DNA from: Octopus sinensis
Taxonomy: Eukaryota
Direction of reading: 5' to 3'
NCBI RefSeq assembly: GCF_006345805.1
Contig: NW_021826753.1
Coordinates: 1-11,982, forward strand
Length of the DNA stretch: 11,982 nt
Below the pieces are notes generated by a model. The model saw nothing but the letters and a program-made list of their open reading frames with translations. It made no database searches and was not told the DNA's origin. The position numbers were made by a program, and so were the translations under genes. This document shows positions 8,514 to 11,982 of this stretch, in pieces; within the stretch, counting starts at the first letter, position 1, and each line of letters opens with the position of its first letter.

Positions 8514-9330
8514 TCTTAAAAGCTATTTATAAATGGAACCTCAATAATACGAAATTTACTGCTCAGATGATCCTTTTGCATTTGTAAATTACATTTTCAC
8601 TTTTAAATTGAAACTGAATAAAAAAAAATTGTTTTGAAGTTTTCGAAAGTGAAACCTCTTATTCTTTGTAATATATCTACACAATTCAGATGAAATATAC
8701 AACCATATCTTTTTGAGTTACGCCTCTTTCAAGTTTAACATTTTTTTAAAGAAATTAATGAGAAAAAAGTCAATCTCAATTTCAGTCGATTTAAAGCAGA
8801 AAATATAAAAACATAAATAAAATCACATATCAACGAGGAAAAGCAAATAAAATACATGTGAAAATATGTACAAACCTTTCATTAACACAGATATGAACTA
8901 GTAATTTAAAAAAAAATCTACGTTACGTCCTTTTCGAGTCAAGTCTCATGTCTTGGAAACAGTTACCGACGTAAGTTGAGGTATGCTTTTGCGTATGTGT
9001 TTGTGTGTGTGTGTACACGTATATAAATGTGTGTATGTATAAAGTACTTCTGCTGTAAATCCACTAACTCAGTTCTTGATTAAAACGAATAAAGATTTAT
9101 TAAAGTTAAAACTAATTCAAATAAATTTTGCTGATTCTGATTTTCAAATCATAAATAACAAAACCGCTTTTCCTTTTTTATTTAGAAATAAAGAAACGGT
9201 GCAATAAAAAATCAGAAAAATTAGACTGAGGATTAGAACACCGCGCTAAAACAAGTATATCGGAATATTAAAGGGATATTGAAGGAGAAAAGAAATGAAA
9301 ATTTGAGTCACAAAGGAACAGTATACCTCA

Positions 9331-9616
9331 GTTGTGTGATTAAGAAGCTCTCTTTGCAACCGTGAGTAAATTTGGTAGGTGAAAACTATAAGGAAGCCTA
9401 TCATGTATGTGTGTATGTGTCCCTGTCCTTTCACCGCTTTGTGAATAGGTTTTGTTGGTTTACTTACATCCCTGTACCTCGGCGGTTCAGCATAAATAAC
9501 CGATATAAGTACCAGACTTAATAAATATGTATTGTGGTCGAACACTTTGGCTAAGACCCTTTCAGGGTGATGCCTCAGCTTGGCGCTAGTCCAATGACTA
9601 AAACATGTCAAAGACA
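9331..9616 (+). mobile_element. SINE family 1, old diverged copy
   Basis: Motifs in the expected order: gttgtgtgattaagaagct, atttggtag..gaaaact...gaagcc, ggcggttcagca, taagtaccagactta, ggtcga, aatgactaaaacatgtcaaaga. Confidence 0.75.
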
Positions 9617-9700
9617 TGATCTGTGTTTTCTGTCATTTTATTACAATTCTCATTCTTTCTACATTTATTCTTTTGCCTACTCTCTGTTTTACCCTTACAG

Positions 9701-9920
9701 TAATTCAATGCCAGCATATTTTTAGTCATGGATTGTTTGTGACGCATGTAGACCTGTGTCAAATTTGGTAAAGATATGTTGAGAAAAGGTGACATATTTT
9801 CAAGGATGATGACATTTTCCCGCTTACTACACGGGGCATGAAACATTGCATCACAGTTCGGAACTGTTTCTGTCACAAACCTCCGATCGCCCAAAGACAG
9901 GCGAGCAGAGACCTGTGAAA
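9701..9920 (+). other. Candidate spliced exon (non-coding or UTR)
   Basis: Long polypyrimidine tract ending acccttacAG at 9700 and donor-like aaa|GTAAGc at 9921. The sequence is non-repetitive and has stops in all three + frames. Confidence 0.35.
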
Positions 9921-9970
9921 GTAAGCCTGAAGAACAGTGAGTGAAAAGAAGCGGAGAGTATTGATTTCAT

Positions 9971-10166
9971 ATTTTGGAATAAGGTCAATTATTTCGGGTG
10001 AGGGGTTAGTTGAATACATCGACCCTCATCCTGAGTACTTAACAACTACTTATTTTATCGACGCTGAAATGATGAAAGGAAAAGTCGACTTCAGCAGAAT
10101 ATGAACTTAGAACATAAAGACGGGATGAAATGCTGCTAAATATTCTGCCCGGCGTGCTAACGATTC
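9971..10166 (-). mobile_element. SINE family 2, old monomer lacking its first ~15 nt
   Basis: tatcgacgctgaaatgatgaaaggaaaagtcgacttcagcagaatatgaacttagaac and gcccggcgtgctaacgattc align to 7585-7692. Confidence 0.8.
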
Positions 10167-10549
10167 CTTTCTTCTCTAGGCCCAAGGCCAGAAATTTTGG
10201 GGGAGGGGCCAGTCGATAAGATCGCAACTGGTACTTAATTTATCGACCCCGAAAGGATGAAAGGCGAAGTCGACATCGGCGGAATTTGAACTCAGAACGT
10301 AAGGACAGACGAAATACCTATCTTTTTACTACCCACAAGGGGCTAAACACAGAGAGGACAAACAAGGACAGACAAACGGATTAAGTCGATTATATCGACC
10401 CCAGTGCGTAACTGGTACTTATTTAATCGACCCCGAAAGGATGAAAGGCAAAGTCGACCTCGGCGGAATTCGAACTCAAAACCTAACGGCGGACGAAATA
10501 CCGCTAAGTTCTTCGTCTGGCGTGCTAATGTTTCTACCAGCTCTTCGTC
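10164..10549 (-). mobile_element. SINE family 2, dimeric form
   Basis: Same architecture as 7311-7707, with the same junction (gacgaaatacc|tat at 10318/10319) and the same 184-bp period. Confidence 0.9.
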
Positions 10550-10759
10550 ATAAATGTAATATAAATTTATTGGTGTCAATAAGTTTAAAACCTTAAGTCC
10601 ATTACTAATGGTTCATGACCATTTTTCTCTGTTTGATAGTGGTGCATTTATTGCTAATTTTTTTTTCGTGTAGTAAGCAAGAGAGAAAATGGGAATGATG
10701 CTGTAACTGATTAAATCATCATGGCTGGATTAAAAATTTGTTTAACTGCAACGATTATA

Positions 10760-11091
10760 TCTTTGATCTTTAATTTGTTTCAGTTATAGAACGGCAGTTA
10801 TGCTGGGGCACTACTTTGAAGAGTTTTAGCCGAAAGAACTGATCGCAGTACTTAGTTTTCTAAGCCTGGTGCTCATTCTATCATTCCCATAGGTCGAACC
10901 GTTAAGTTACAGAGAAACAAACAAATCAACTTAACTTGTCCAGAGCTGGTGGAAGTCAAACAGGGACACAAAGATACACGCACACACACACACACACCAA
11001 ATCCACTCACTAGGTTTTGGTTGACCCGAGGGTGTAGTTGGAAATATTTGCACATGAACACAAGCTTCTAACCACGCTGCCACGCATACGC
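10760..11091 (-). mobile_element. SINE family 1, diverged copy
   Basis: tgtttcagt, atgctggggcac, taagcctggtgctcattctatc, gaaccgttaagttac, (CA)n, accaaatccactcac.aggttttggttgacccgagg, aagcttctaaccac. Confidence 0.85.
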
Positions 11092-11477
11092 TTATATCTC
11101 CTCACTTTTTAAAAAATTTATTTTACTTTTAGATATAGCTTGCCCCAAACTGCATTACAGAATATGTCCCCTATTTTTTTCGAGAAAATAAAGTGCAATT
11201 ACAGAGAGATTTCGGAAATATTTCTGTCCGATTGTGTGACCATAGAGAGGGTAGATTTATACAACTAGTTGATTTTGATGAGTTCAAGGCTGAATGTCCA
11301 GAGTACAGACATTCTGTTGGCTCTAGAAATCGAATGTCTCTCCAGTAGAGGTTTCATGTCAAACGATAATTTGGATTAATTCCATTTTCTAATCCAGTAG
11401 AAACGTAACGGTGGTCTAGTGGCAAGATCTTCAAAATTTCATACAAAATTATTTTACTGTAGTTAAGTGTTTCATTA

Positions 11478-11620
11478 ACGATCTGAGTTCAAATTCCGCC
11501 GACCTCACCTTTGATTTATATCCTTCGTGGATGCTGGAGTCAGTATAATCGCCTCTTCCCACCTTACTAAATATGGCCTTTTGTCAATATAATAAATATG
11601 GCCTTGTGTTCATATAGTAA
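11478..11620 (+). mobile_element. SINE family 2, degenerate fragment with 25-bp tandem duplication in the tail
   Basis: ctgagttcaaattccgccga 11483-11502. Units 11568-11592 and 11593-11617 both start taaatatggcctt. Confidence 0.65.
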
Positions 11621-11733
11621 ATTAATTCACGTAAAAAGGCAACAAAAATGTGGACTGCTATTTATTCATCGATCGTTGAAGGAAATATTCTTATATTTGT
11701 TCGATCTGGAGGAAATTGGCAAAACCCAAACTC

Positions 11734-11831
11734 TTTACTGACCCTGAGAGATAAAAGACAAAGTTGATCTCATCGGCATTTGAATAAATACAACAACGGA
11801 TTTCATCCAATAACTCTGCTAATCTGTCGCC
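11734..11831 (-). mobile_element. SINE family 2, highly degenerate fragment
   Basis: ttactgaccctgagagataaaagacaaagttgatctcatcggcatttgaa aligns to ttatcgaccccgaaaggatgaaaggcaaagtcgacctcggcggaatttgaa. Confidence 0.6.
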
Positions 11832-11874
11832 TAGAAGTTGTATAATCCAGGATAATGTTGGTTTACTGCCTAAA

Positions 11875-11903
11875 TACGAGGGGTGTATGGAAAGTTTTGA
11901 GCC
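11875..11903 (+). mobile_element. Mariner-like terminal inverted repeat (element may continue beyond the window)
   Basis: TA followed by cgaggggtgtatggaaagttttgagcc, resembling TA|CGAGGG...AAAAGT mariner termini. No partner TIR in the window. Confidence 0.5.
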
Positions 11904-11982
11904 TTCAAGGCCTTTGAACCTTGAAGTCTTGTACCTTCATCAGAAGTCTTGTACTATGTTTTGTTTTTAGGGGACTCAAGAC

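Noticed and set aside
9598-9894. 98-aa minus-strand ORF in unique sequence
   Set aside because: Non-ATG start and no recognisable domain. Its C-terminal part is just the complement of the polypyrimidine tract and runs into a SINE.
9928-9950. CTGAAGA...GAAA
   Set aside because: No stem III or UH cleavage triplet follows.
11292-11339. gaatgtc / gacattc / gaatgtct alternating inverted 7-8-mers
   Set aside because: Too short to distinguish from chance.

Overview
AT-rich, non-coding eukaryotic DNA, intronic or intergenic. The repeat content (tRNA-derived SINEs of two families, dense (TA)n/(CA)n/(TACA)n and (GAT/GAC)n microsatellites) looks like an octopus/coleoid cephalopod genome; this is recognition from recall, not a database match. 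No intact protein-coding gene is supported, and almost all listed ORFs are translations of microsatellites or SINEs. The window contains five copies of a CORE-like SINE, several copies of a second SINE (two with an identical 184-bp internal duplication), a decayed 3' end of a CR1/L2-group LINE, and single mariner-like and hAT-like termini. The most interesting signals are (i) one intact-looking and three decayed minimal type I hammerhead ribozyme motifs with palindromic stem III, typical of Penelope-like elements, near short inverted repeats and TA tracts; (ii) a young 184-bp SINE unit at the same position inside two older SINE copies; and (iii) a candidate 220-bp non-coding exon at 9701-9920 flanked by inverted SINEs.
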